DNA of 64,000 nucleotides. Source: Candidatus Latescibacterota bacterium (GTDB lineage Bacteria > Latescibacterota > UBA2968 > GCA-2709665). A program made the position numbers and the translations under genes. The stretch lies in the NCBI GenBank assembly GCA_965222075.1, contig OZ244937.1:320001-384000 (forward strand). The letters run 5' to 3'. This document shows positions 50,501 through 59,953 of this stretch, one piece after another. Under the pieces are notes generated by a model. That model saw nothing but the letters and a program-made list of their open reading frames with translations. It did not search any database and was not told the origin of the DNA. How positions within the stretch are numbered: the stretch's first letter is position 1; every line of letters begins with the position of its first letter.

Positions 50501-50806
50501 ATGTCAGTACCGGTCTCTTATTACATGATTCTAAGCGCGGTCCTGTTTGCGATCGGGGTGGCGGGGGTGCTTACGCGGCGCAACGTGATCGTGATTTTTA
50601 TGTGCATCGAGTTGATGCTCAACGCGGTGAACCTCCTGTTTGTGGCCTTTGCACGGCATCTGGGCGAGGGGTCCGGACAGGTGTTCGTGTTCTTTGTGAT
50701 GGCGGTTGCGGCCGCAGAGGTAGTGGTGGGGCTGGCGATTATTATTGCGCTGTTTCGGAACCGGGAGACGGTGGATGTGGGAGAGGTGAATCTTTTGAAA
50801 TGGTGA
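50501..50806 (+). CDS. nuoK: NADH-quinone oxidoreductase subunit K
   Basis: [22 protein letters not shown]. Confidence 0.96.
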   Translation: MSVPVSYYMILSAVLFAIGVAGVLTRRNVIVIFMCIELMLNAVNLLFVAFARHLGEGSGQVFVFFVMAVAAAEVVVGLAIIIALFRNRETVDVGEVNLLKW

Positions 50807-50835
50807 GGGAATTGCGGATTTGAGATAGGATCGCG

Positions 50836-52693
50836 ATGCTGACTTCGGTTATTTTGATTATTCTGTTCCCCCTCTTCGGGGCATTTGTGAACGGGCTGTT
50901 CGGGAGCCGTCTGAAGGGGGCGGCCGGGTATGTGGGTACGCTGATGGTGGGGCTTTCGTGGGTGCTGTCGCTGCGGGTGCTGGTGGCGGTGGTGGGCGGC
51001 GAGACGCTCAACGAGGATGTGTATGTGTGGATCGCTTCGGGAACGTTCAAGGCGGCCGTCGGCTTCCAGGTAGATGCGCTTTCGGCGATGATGATTGTGA
51101 CGGTGACGACGGTTTCGTTTTTTATCCACGTCTATTCGTTCGGCTACATGCACGGAGACCGGGGATTCGCGCGGTTTTATACCTATTTGAATCTGTTTGT
51201 TTTTTCGATGCTGGTCCTGGTGCTGGCAAACAATTACCTGTTGATGTTTGTGGGCTGGGAGGGCGTGGGGACTTTGTTCTTATCTGTTGATCGGGTTCTG
51301 GTACGAGAGGAAAGAAGCGTCGGACGCCGGAAAGAAGGCGTTTGTGGTGAACCGGATCGGGGACTTCGGGTTCCTGATCGGGATCTTTTTGATGGTGGTG
51401 CACCTGGGGACGGTGAGCTACGGGGAGGTCTTCGCAAAGGCGGAGACGCTTTCGACGGGTGTGGCCACGGCGATTGCGCTGCTGCTGTTTCTGGGGGCGT
51501 GCGGGAAGTCCGCGCAGTTCCCGCTTTACGTGTGGCTGCCAGATGCAATGGAGGGCCCCACGCCGGTGAGTTCGCTGATCCATGCAGCGACGATGGTGAC
51601 GGCCGGGGTCTACATGGTGGCCCGGTCGCACGTGCTGTATTCGATGTCGCCCACGGCGGGAGCGGTGGTGGCCTGGGTGGGCGTCTTTACGGCGCTTTTG
51701 GCGGCGATGATCGCCCTGGTCAATACGGATATCAAGCGGGTACTGGCCTATTCCACGGTAAGCCAACTGGGCTACATGTTTATCGGTGTGGGCGTGGGGG
51801 CCTACACGGCGGGAATTTTTCATCTGTTCACACACGCATTTTTCAAGGGACTGATGTTTTTGGCGGCGGGCAGCGTGATGCACGCGATGGCCGACGAGCT
51901 GGATATGCGGAAGTTCGGCGGGCTGATGGGGAAGATGAAAATTACGGGCTGGACATTTGTGATCGGGACGGTGGCGATTGCGGGCATCCCGCCGCTTTCC
52001 GGGTTCTGGAGCAAGGACGAGATTCTGGCCGGGGCCTTTCACTCGCAGGTCCCCGGGCATATGCTCCTGTGGGCGCTGGGTGTGATTGGGGCGGTGATGA
52101 CGTCGTTTTACATGTTCCGGCTGATTTTTATGACGTTTTTCGGGTCACCCAGGGACCGGCACCTGTACGACCACGCGCACGAGTCGTCGGCGAACATGAC
52201 GGTCCCGCTGATCGTGCTGGCGATCGGATCGGTGCTTGCCGGCTTTGCCGGCTACCCGATGGGCGACGGGTGGATTAACCATTTTCTGGGGCCGCTGCTG
52301 GAGCCGAAACACGCAGTGCATGAACTCAATCTCGTACTGGTCGGCGTCTCGGTGGCTGCCGGGATCGTGGGGTTTGTGATTGCTCTGCTGATGCATCGGG
52401 CCGGAAATCTGGGGGCCGAGTCGGCCAACCCGCTGCACGGGCTGCTGGAGAACAAGTGGTATGTGGACGAGGTCTACCACACGCTGGTGGTGAGGCCGGT
52501 TCACCGGCTTTCGCTGGGGCTGTGGCATATTTTCGATACGATTGTTGTGGACGGCATCGCCAACGGGCTGGGCTATTTTGTGGTGGGGATCAGCTGGCTC
52601 TCGACCCGGTTCCAGACGGGGCAGGCGCCGACGTACGCGCTGTGGATGACGCTGGGTGTGGTGGTGATACTTTACCTGGTGACCCTGCCTTAG
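50836..52693 (+). CDS. nuoL: NADH-quinone oxidoreductase subunit L (apparent +1 G frameshift at ~51268)
   Basis: GWEGVG/LCSYLLIGFW across the shift, NRIGD, KSAQFPL..WLPDAMEGPTP, HAFFK. Confidence 0.93.
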
Positions 52694-52735
52694 CGGTCAA
52701 TCGGGGTGCTGGACGCGTTATGGTGAGGCTTTGAA

Positions 52736-54310
52736 ATGGTGTCCGATTTTTTGATTTCGCTTGTGATCTTTATCCCTTTGGTGGGCGCGGTGGTGATTAT
52801 GCTGGCCGGCCGGGGGCGGGACGGTTTTTGCCGGGTATTCGCCCTGCTGGTCTCCCTGATCACCTTTGTGCTGTCGATTTTCCTGTATACGGGTTTCCAG
52901 GCAGATACGCCGAAGATGCAGTTTGTCGTGAAGGTCCCCTGGATCGAGAGTATGGGGATCCGGTATTACGTGGGGATCGACGGGATCAGCCTGCTGCTGG
53001 TTCTGATTACGACGCTGCTGATGTCGGTGTCGATCCTGGCGTCGTGGAAGTCGATTACGGCCCGTGTGCGGGAGTATATGGCCGCGATGCTGCTTTTGGA
53101 GACGGGGATGCTGGGGGTGTTCTGCGCGCTGGATCTGTTTCTCTTTTACGTCTTCTGGGAGGCGATGCTGATCCCGATGTACCTGCTGATCGGGGTCTGG
53201 GGGGGAGAGCGCCGGATCTACGCGACGATCAAGTTCGTGCTCTTTACCCTGGCGGGCAGCCTGCTGATGCTGGTGGCGATTATCTATCTTTATTTTTTGC
53301 ACGGGGGAGAGACGGGGACCTATACGTTCGATCTGCTGGCGCTTTACCGGTTTTCCGTTGCCCGGGATGCGCAGTACTGGCTTTTCCTGGGGTTTTTCCT
53401 GAGTTTCGCAATCAAGGTGCCCCTCTTTCCGTTTCACACCTGGTTGCCGGACGCACACGTGGAGGCGCCTACGGCGGGGAGTGTGATTTTGGCAGGCGTG
53501 CTTTTGAAGATGGGGACCTACGGGTTGATCCGGTTCTGCCTGCCGCTTTTTCCGCTGGCATCGGCCTATTTTACCCCGCACATTATGATGCTGTCGGTGA
53601 TCGGCATCGTGTACGGGGCGCTGGTGGCGATGGTGCAGACCGATGTGAAGAAGCTGGTGGCCTATTCCAGTGTGAGCCACCTGGGGTTTGTGGTGCTGGG
53701 GATTTTTGCGCTGAACGCGCAGGGGATGCAGGGCGGGATTATTCAGATGGTGAACCACGGGCTCTCCACCGGGGCGCTGTTTTTGATTGTGGGGATGATC
53801 TACGAGCGCCGCCACACCCGCCGGATTTCCGATTTCGGAGGACTGGCGCGGACGATTCCGGTCTTTTCCGCTTTTTTTATGATTACGACGCTTTCGTCGA
53901 TCGGGCTGCCCGGGCTGAACGGGTTTGTGGGGGAGTTTCTGATCCTGCTGGGCGTTTTTAAAGCGAATTGGGTTTTCGGGGCGGTCGCCGCTTCGGGGGT
54001 GGTGCTGGCGGCGGTTTACATGCTCTGGATGTTTCAGCGGGTGGTGTGGGGAGAGGTGACCCACAAAGAGAACCGGAATCTGTCCGATCTGTCGGTCCGG
54101 GAGTGGGCCGTGATGGTCCCGCTGGTGGTGCTGATGTTCTGGATCGGCATCTATCCCGGGTCGTTTCTGGACAAAACCGAGGTCTCGGTGAAACACCTGA
54201 TTTCTCAGGTTCAGATCCGCCAGATGGAGGACTCCCGGAAGTCCTTTGCGGATGCCGGGGCATGGGGTAGAGCGCCCCATTTACCCCCCTCCGGGGGGGC
54301 TGACCGGTAA
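52736..54310 (+). CDS. nuoM: NADH-quinone oxidoreductase subunit M
   Basis: GIDGIS, FWEAMLIP, HTWLPDAHVEAPT, LLKMGTYG, FVGEF. Confidence 0.96.
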   Translation: MVSDFLISLVIFIPLVGAVVIMLAGRGRDGFCRVFALLVSLITFVLSIFLYTGFQADTPKMQFVVKVPWIESMGIRYYVGIDGISLLLVLITTLLMSVSILASWKSITARVREYMAAMLLLETGMLGVFCALDLFLFYVFWEAMLIPMYLLIGVWGGERRIYATIKFVLFTLAGSLLMLVAIIYLYFLHGGETGTYTFDLLALYRFSVARDAQYWLFLGFFLSFAIKVPLFPFHTWLPDAHVEAPTAGSVILAGVLLKMGTYGLIRFCLPLFPLASAYFTPHIMMLSVIGIVYGALVAMVQTDVKKLVAYSSVSHLGFVVLGIFALNAQGMQGGIIQMVNHGLSTGALFLIVGMIYERRHTRRISDFGGLARTIPVFSAFFMITTLSSIGLPGLNGFVGEFLILLGVFKANWVFGAVAASGVVLAAVYMLWMFQRVVWGEVTHKENRNLSDLSVREWAVMVPLVVLMFWIGIYPGSFLDKTEVSVKHLISQVQIRQMEDSRKSFADAGAWGRAPHLPPSGGADR

Positions 54311-54346
54311 GAAGCTGTTTTAAAATTCCTGTTCCCGGGAGGCGTC

Positions 54347-54826
54347 TTGAGATACGCATTCAGTTTGGGTTTTGTGTTGTTCGGGGTATGGCTGCTGTGG
54401 TCCGGCCATTTTAAGGACCCTCTGCTTCTGGGCCTGGGGGTTGTCTCCTGCGCCCTTGTGGTCGCAATTGCTCTGCGCATGGACACCGTAGACCACGAGG
54501 GGCATCCGATGCACCTGGTTGGGCGCGCAGTTGTCTACTGGCCCTGGTTGCTGTGGGCAATCATCAAGGCCAATATCGACGTCGCCCTCCGAATTCTGAG
54601 TCCCAGGCTGCCCATCAGCCCAACCATGGTGGAGGTCCAAACAAGCCAAAAAAGTGCGCTGGGGCAGGTCATCTATGCCAATTCCATCACACTGACGCCA
54701 GGGACGGTTTCGGTTGACCTCACAGACGACATGATTATTGTGCATGCCCTTTCGCGCGAGAGCGCCGAAGCGCTTATGGACGGCGAAATGGACCGCCGCG
54801 TAACGGTTATGGAAGGAGCATCCTGA
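54347..54826 (+). CDS. mrpE: Mrp/Mnh antiporter subunit E
   Basis: WLLWSGH, ANIDVA, ANSITLTPGT. Confidence 0.92.
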   Translation: MRYAFSLGFVLFGVWLLWSGHFKDPLLLGLGVVSCALVVAIALRMDTVDHEGHPMHLVGRAVVYWPWLLWAIIKANIDVALRILSPRLPISPTMVEVQTSQKSALGQVIYANSITLTPGTVSVDLTDDMIIVHALSRESAEALMDGEMDRRVTVMEGAS

Positions 54827-55116
54827 TGTTGTTTGTCTCGGCAATGGCGGCCATCCTTGTGACCATGCTCCTGGCCCTTTCGCGCGCTGTTCTGGGTCCC
54901 ACCGTGTACGACCGCATCCTGGCGGTCAACATGGCCGGCACCAAGACCGTTCTGCTCATCGCCGTGCTCGGTTTCCTCACCGGGCGGCCGGATTTTCTGG
55001 ACCTGGCGCTTATCTATGTCTTCTTGAATTTCATCGGCACCATCGCTGTCCTCAAATTCGTCCAATACGGCAATCTCGCCGCTTCCGGTGATGAGGAAGG
55101 AGAGGTCCGGGCCTGA
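54826..55116 (+). CDS. mrpF: Mrp/Mnh antiporter subunit F
   Basis: GPTVYDRILAVN, DLALIY..LNFIG. Confidence 0.92.
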   Translation: MLFVSAMAAILVTMLLALSRAVLGPTVYDRILAVNMAGTKTVLLIAVLGFLTGRPDFLDLALIYVFLNFIGTIAVLKFVQYGNLAASGDEEGEVRA

Positions 55117-55436
55117 TGGAACCGATTCTTGCAATCATCAGCTGGGTTTTTATCCTCCTCGGCTCCCTTTTCTGCATCGTCGGCGGCATCGGGCTCCTGC
55201 GCCTGCCGGACTTTTTCAGCCGCATGCACGGCGCGGGCATCACCGATACCCTGGGCGCCGGACTCGTCCTTGTGGGTTTGATGTTCCACGCTGGGCTTTC
55301 CCTGGTGACGGTAAAGCTCATGATGATCCTTTTTATCATTTATCTGACCAGCCCCACCGGAACGCATGCGGTCGCCAAAGCGGCGCATGCGGCTGGCCTG
55401 AAGCCCCTGCTTGAGGGTGAGGATGAGAGATCGTGA
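55116..55436 (+). CDS. mrpG: Mrp/Mnh antiporter subunit G
   Basis: GLLRLPDFFSRMHG, TSPTGTHA. Confidence 0.92.
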   Translation: MEPILAIISWVFILLGSLFCIVGGIGLLRLPDFFSRMHGAGITDTLGAGLVLVGLMFHAGLSLVTVKLMMILFIIYLTSPTGTHAVAKAAHAAGLKPLLEGEDERS

Positions 55437-55981
55437 TCGAACTCATCGACATGCTGCTGCTTGCGTTTATGGCCGTCGTAGCCATTACAATTGCCCGGCT
55501 GCGCAACCTCTTAGCCGCGGTTATGGTCGCCGGTTTCTTCAGCCTGTTGTCTGCAGGTATGTTTCTCGTCTTAGACGCCGTAGACGTCGCTTTCACCGAG
55601 GCCGCTGTGGGCGTGGGTATCTCGACGGTACTCATGCTGGGTACCCTGCTTCTGACGACCCACGAAGAAAAAACGTCGGTCCGCAAGTCCTGGTGGCCTT
55701 TCGTCGTGGTATTGTTGACAGGCGTGGCCCTGGTCTACGGCACCCTCGACATGCCGCACTACGGCGATCCGAATGCACCGATTCATAAGCATGTCGCCCC
55801 ACGCTATATCCAGGTTTCGCCGTCGGAGATCGGGGTTCCCAATGTGGTGACCTCGGTCCTGGCAAGCTACCGGGGGTACGATACACTGGGAGAGGTCACC
55901 GTAATTTTTACCGCCGGGGTCGGTGTGTTGCTGTTGATCGGCGGGTCTGTGCGCAGGCGCACCAGGGGGGGCAGCAAGTGA
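55433..55981 (+). CDS. DUF4040 / MrpA C-terminal-like (MnhB-related) subunit
   Basis: DAVDVAFTEAAVG, NVVTSVLASYRGYDTLGE. Confidence 0.9.
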   Translation: MIELIDMLLLAFMAVVAITIARLRNLLAAVMVAGFFSLLSAGMFLVLDAVDVAFTEAAVGVGISTVLMLGTLLLTTHEEKTSVRKSWWPFVVVLLTGVALVYGTLDMPHYGDPNAPIHKHVAPRYIQVSPSEIGVPNVVTSVLASYRGYDTLGEVTVIFTAGVGVLLLIGGSVRRRTRGGSK

Positions 55982-56397
55982 AACACAATATCATCCTGAG
56001 GGTCGTTGCCAAGCTCTTCATTCCCTTTATTATGCTCTTTGCGCTCTATGTACAATTCCACGGAGATTACGGCCCCGGAGGTGGGTTCCAGGCCGGTGTT
56101 ATCTTCGCCGCGGCCTTCGTACTCTACACCTTGATCTACGGCCTGGACGAAGCGCAGCGGGTCGCGAGGCCCGCGGTCGTCCAGTGCTTCGTCGCTCTGG
56201 GCGTGTTGCTCTACGCCGGGACCGGGGTGGCGTCCCTGTTCCTGGGCGGCAACTATCTGGGCTACAGCGTCCTGCTGCACGATCCGGTCCACGGCCAGCA
56301 CCTGGGGATTTTTCTCATTGAATTGGGGGTGGGCACGACCGTCGCCGCGGTGATGGTCTCCGCCTTCTTCTGTTTTGCCGGACGAGGTCGATCATGA
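55978..56397 (+). CDS. mrpB: Mrp/Mnh antiporter subunit B
   Basis: HGDYGPGGGFQAG, IELGVG. Confidence 0.92.
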   Translation: MKHNIILRVVAKLFIPFIMLFALYVQFHGDYGPGGGFQAGVIFAAAFVLYTLIYGLDEAQRVARPAVVQCFVALGVLLYAGTGVASLFLGGNYLGYSVLLHDPVHGQHLGIFLIELGVGTTVAAVMVSAFFCFAGRGRS

Positions 56398-56750
56398 CCG
56401 CCTGGCCAGGTCTCTACAATTACTGGATTGTGATCTTCTTGATGATGACCGGGTTCTACATCGTCATTGCCCGCGGCAACCTGATCAAGAAGATCATCGG
56501 CCTCAACATTTTTCAGACTTCGGTCTTCTTGCTCTACATCAGCATGGGCAAGGTTTCGGGGGGTACTGTGCCCATCCTCACCGAGCCGGGTGCGAACTAT
56601 TCGAACCCCCTCCCCCACGTCCTCATTCTGACCGCCATCGTCGTCGGCGTCGCCACCACAGGGGTGGGACTGGCTCTGGTGGTGCGCATTAAGGAGGCTT
56701 ACGGCACGATCGAAGAAGACGAGATTCTCAGCCAGGACAAAGCGTCGTGA
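56394..56750 (+). CDS. mrpC: Mrp/Mnh antiporter subunit C
   Basis: NLIKKIIGL, NPLPHVLILTAIVV. Confidence 0.93.
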   Translation: MTAWPGLYNYWIVIFLMMTGFYIVIARGNLIKKIIGLNIFQTSVFLLYISMGKVSGGTVPILTEPGANYSNPLPHVLILTAIVVGVATTGVGLALVVRIKEAYGTIEEDEILSQDKAS

Positions 56751-58234
56751 TCTCCGCCCACCTTCCCATTCTGTTGATCGTCATTCCACTGATGTCAGCC
56801 CCGATCTGTGTGCTGTTGCGCCGCGGGACGCTCGCCTGGTCATTCGCCCTCCTCGTCAGCTGGGCTACGCTTGCCATGGGTGCTATGCTGCTGCTGCGTG
56901 TTCTGGACAGCGGCGTCCCCATCTCTTATGAACTGGGCAATTGGAGCGCTCCCTGGGGTATCGAATACAGAGTAGACCCACTCAATGCCTTTGTATTGTT
57001 GCTCGTCGCTATCATCGGCGCAGTCGTCCTTTTGTATGCGAAGCCCAGTGTGGCCGGGGAACTCCCGCAGGTCCGACACAATCTGTTCTACGCGGCCTTT
57101 CTGCTCTGCTTGACCGGCTTGCTGGGCATGGCCATCACGGGCGATGCCTTCAATCTCTTTGTCTTTCTGGAAATCTCATCCCTCTCATCGTATGCTTTGA
57201 TCAGTCTGGGGCGGGACCGCCGGGCTCTGACCGCGTCCTACCAGTACCTGGTTATGGGCACGGTCGGGGCCACTTTTTTCGTGATTGGGGTCGGTCTGCT
57301 CTACATGATGACCGGCACGCTTAACATGGCGGACCTGGCGGTCCGTCTGCGTCCGGTTATGGGCACCCGCACGATTTTGGCGGCCTTTGCCTTTCTCAGT
57401 GTGGGCTTGAGCCTCAAGCTCGCCCTGTTTCCGCTGCACCTGTGGCTCCCAAACGCCTACACCTATGCCCCTTCGGTGGTGACGGCATTTATTGCAGCGA
57501 CGGCGACCAAGGTATCGATCTATGTGTTCCTGCGTTTTGTCTTTACCATCTTCGGGTCTGGCTTTGCCTTCGAAACGATGCGGCTGGATGCCTTGCTGAT
57601 GCCGTTGTCCCTGATCGGTATTTTCGTCGCTTCAACGGTGGCCATCTTTCAGAACAATATCAAACGCATGCTTGCCTATTCGAGTGTTGCCCAAATCGGC
57701 TACGTGATGCTGGGACTCAGTTTCGTCTCGGTGACCGGCCTCACCGCCTGCATTGTGCACCTGTTCAACCACGCCCTGATGAAGGGTGCGCTGTTTCTGG
57801 GGATGGGCTGCATCGCTCTGCGGATCGGTTCGGTTAACCTCGACGATATGCGCGGGTTGGGGCGGCGTATGCCTGTCACCATGTCCGCCTTCGTCCTGGG
57901 CGGCCTCAGTCTCATCGGGGTGCCTTTAACGGTTGGGTTCATCAGCAAATGGTACCTGGTTCTCGCAGCCCTGCAAAAGGGCTGGTGGCCGATTGCGGTT
58001 CTCGTCCTGATCGGCTCTCTGCTTGCCTTGATCTACATCTGGCGGGTCGTCGAGGTCGCCTATTTTCGGAAGCCTCCTGATGAGCCCGTCAAGATCGTGG
58101 AAGCCCCCCTGCTTATGCACATCCCGATGTGGATCTTGATTGCCGCGAACCTGTACTTCGGGATTTCAACTTCACTGACCGCTGGCGTCGCTCACAGGGC
58201 CGCCGAACTGCTTTTGGGGGTCACAACGCCATGA
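56747..58234 (+). CDS. mrpD: Mrp antiporter subunit D family, copy 1
   Basis: GNWSAPWGIE, TGDAFNLFVFLEI, KLALFPLHLWLP, KRMLAYSS. Confidence 0.92.
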   Translation: MISAHLPILLIVIPLMSAPICVLLRRGTLAWSFALLVSWATLAMGAMLLLRVLDSGVPISYELGNWSAPWGIEYRVDPLNAFVLLLVAIIGAVVLLYAKPSVAGELPQVRHNLFYAAFLLCLTGLLGMAITGDAFNLFVFLEISSLSSYALISLGRDRRALTASYQYLVMGTVGATFFVIGVGLLYMMTGTLNMADLAVRLRPVMGTRTILAAFAFLSVGLSLKLALFPLHLWLPNAYTYAPSVVTAFIAATATKVSIYVFLRFVFTIFGSGFAFETMRLDALLMPLSLIGIFVASTVAIFQNNIKRMLAYSSVAQIGYVMLGLSFVSVTGLTACIVHLFNHALMKGALFLGMGCIALRIGSVNLDDMRGLGRRMPVTMSAFVLGGLSLIGVPLTVGFISKWYLVLAALQKGWWPIAVLVLIGSLLALIYIWRVVEVAYFRKPPDEPVKIVEAPLLMHIPMWILIAANLYFGISTSLTAGVAHRAAELLLGVTTP

Positions 58235-59694
58235 GTCCATCCACCGCTACACTGGTCGCCGTTGTCCTGCCCCTGCTTGGCGCCCCGATTATCGCTCTGC
58301 TGGGTCAACGACCCAATCTGCGTGAGGCGGTAACCCTGGGTACTGGCGGGATGCTGTTCCTGGTTGTAGCGTCTCTGGTCCCGGAGGTGCTTGCCGGGCG
58401 CAGGCCCGGGATTCAGATCTTAGATGTGATGCCCGGGCTGGCGCTGGCCTTTGAAGTTGAGCCTCTGGGTATGCTCTTTGGCCTGGTTGCGTCCGGTTTG
58501 TGGATTGTGACCTCTCTGTATTCAATCGGGTATATGCGGGGCCACCACGAGGAGCACCAGACCCGGTTTTACGTGTTTTTTGCGATTGCTATCACGGGCG
58601 CCATAGGCGTGGCCTTTGCGCGTAATGTGCTTACCCTGTTCATTTTCTACGAGGTGCTGACGCTGTCGACGTATCCGCTTGTTACGCATCACCGGACCGA
58701 GGAGGCGCTACGGTCCGGCAGAATCTATATGGGCATTTTACTCAGTACATCGGTGGGGTTTCTGTTCCTGGCCACCGTGTGGACGTGGAAGCTGACGGGC
58801 ACACTTGAATTTACCCCGGGAGGAATTCTCTCAGGCAAGGCCAGCAATACCGTCATCGGTGTGCTGCTGGCGCTTTACGCATTTGGCACCGGGAAAGCGG
58901 CGCTGATGCCCTTCCACCGCTGGCTGCCCGCCGCGATGGTGGCGCCCACACCGGTGAGCGCCCTGTTACACGCGGTGGCCGTTGTGAAAGCCGGCGTATT
59001 TACGGTGATGAAAATAATCGTCTACGTGTTTGGGATTGACCTGCTCAGCAGCACAGGGTTGAGTGTGTGGTTAATGTATGTGGCCGGGGCGACCATCCTT
59101 ATCGCGTCCCTGGTGGCGCTGACCAGGGATAATCTCAAAGCGCGTCTGGCTTACTCCACGATCAGCCAATTGTCTTATATCGTGTTTGGGGCAGCGCTTG
59201 CGAACACCTGGGGGGTAATCGGCGGCAGCATGCATATTGCCATGCACGCATTCGGCAAGATTACCCTGTTTTTCTGCGCGGGCGCGATTCTGGTGGCTTT
59301 GCATAAGACGGAGATTAGCGATATGGACGGGATCGGAAAGACCATGCCCGTTACCATGTTTGCTTTCTTCATTGGATCGTTGAGCATTATCGGCCTGCCT
59401 CCGTTCGGCGGTTCGTGGAGCAAGTGGTACCTGGCACTGGGCGCTGCGGAGGCCCATCAGTTCGTCTTCGTTGCTGTGTTGATGATCAGTTCGCTTCTGA
59501 ACATCGCCTATCTGATGCCGATCGTGGCACGCGCTTTTTTCCTGGCGCCTTCCACAGCACCGGCCAATTCATCCATTCGGGAAGCGCCCATGTTCTGTGT
59601 TGTGCCGCTGTGCATGACGGCTGCGGGATGTCTTGTGCTCTTTTTCTTTGCCGATGATATCTACCGGTTGCTGGAGCCGATTGCCCAGCCTTGA
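58231..59694 (+). CDS. Mrp antiporter subunit D family, copy 2
   Basis: FYEVLT, KAALMPFHRWLPAAMVAPTPVSALLHAVAVVK, LAYST. Confidence 0.9.
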   Translation: MSPSTATLVAVVLPLLGAPIIALLGQRPNLREAVTLGTGGMLFLVVASLVPEVLAGRRPGIQILDVMPGLALAFEVEPLGMLFGLVASGLWIVTSLYSIGYMRGHHEEHQTRFYVFFAIAITGAIGVAFARNVLTLFIFYEVLTLSTYPLVTHHRTEEALRSGRIYMGILLSTSVGFLFLATVWTWKLTGTLEFTPGGILSGKASNTVIGVLLALYAFGTGKAALMPFHRWLPAAMVAPTPVSALLHAVAVVKAGVFTVMKIIVYVFGIDLLSSTGLSVWLMYVAGATILIASLVALTRDNLKARLAYSTISQLSYIVFGAALANTWGVIGGSMHIAMHAFGKITLFFCAGAILVALHKTEISDMDGIGKTMPVTMFAFFIGSLSIIGLPPFGGSWSKWYLALGAAEAHQFVFVAVLMISSLLNIAYLMPIVARAFFLAPSTAPANSSIREAPMFCVVPLCMTAAGCLVLFFFADDIYRLLEPIAQP

Positions 59695-59707
59695 GGGAGC
59701 GACGCTC

Positions 59708-59953
59708 ATGGAAAGCGAGAAGAAATACTGGCTGGATGAACCCGGCAATGTGAACAAGATCTGCTGGATGCTCTACGTTGTGTGCGCCCTTCTGGTTTTG
59801 GGCGATCTGGCTTACCACAAATATATCCACTTCAACATGGAGAACTGGTTCGGCTTTTATGGCTTTTACGGTTTTGTCGCCTGCGTGGGGCTGGTGGTGG
59901 CGGCCAAGGGGCTTCGCAGAATTCTAGGACGTAAGGAAGACTATTATGGTTGA
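59708..59953 (+). CDS. Small two-TM membrane protein of the Mrp cluster
   Basis: ATG after GAGGGAG; GFYGFYGFVAC...R.EDYY; overlaps next start. Confidence 0.75.
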   Translation: MESEKKYWLDEPGNVNKICWMLYVVCALLVLGDLAYHKYIHFNMENWFGFYGFYGFVACVGLVVAAKGLRRILGRKEDYYG

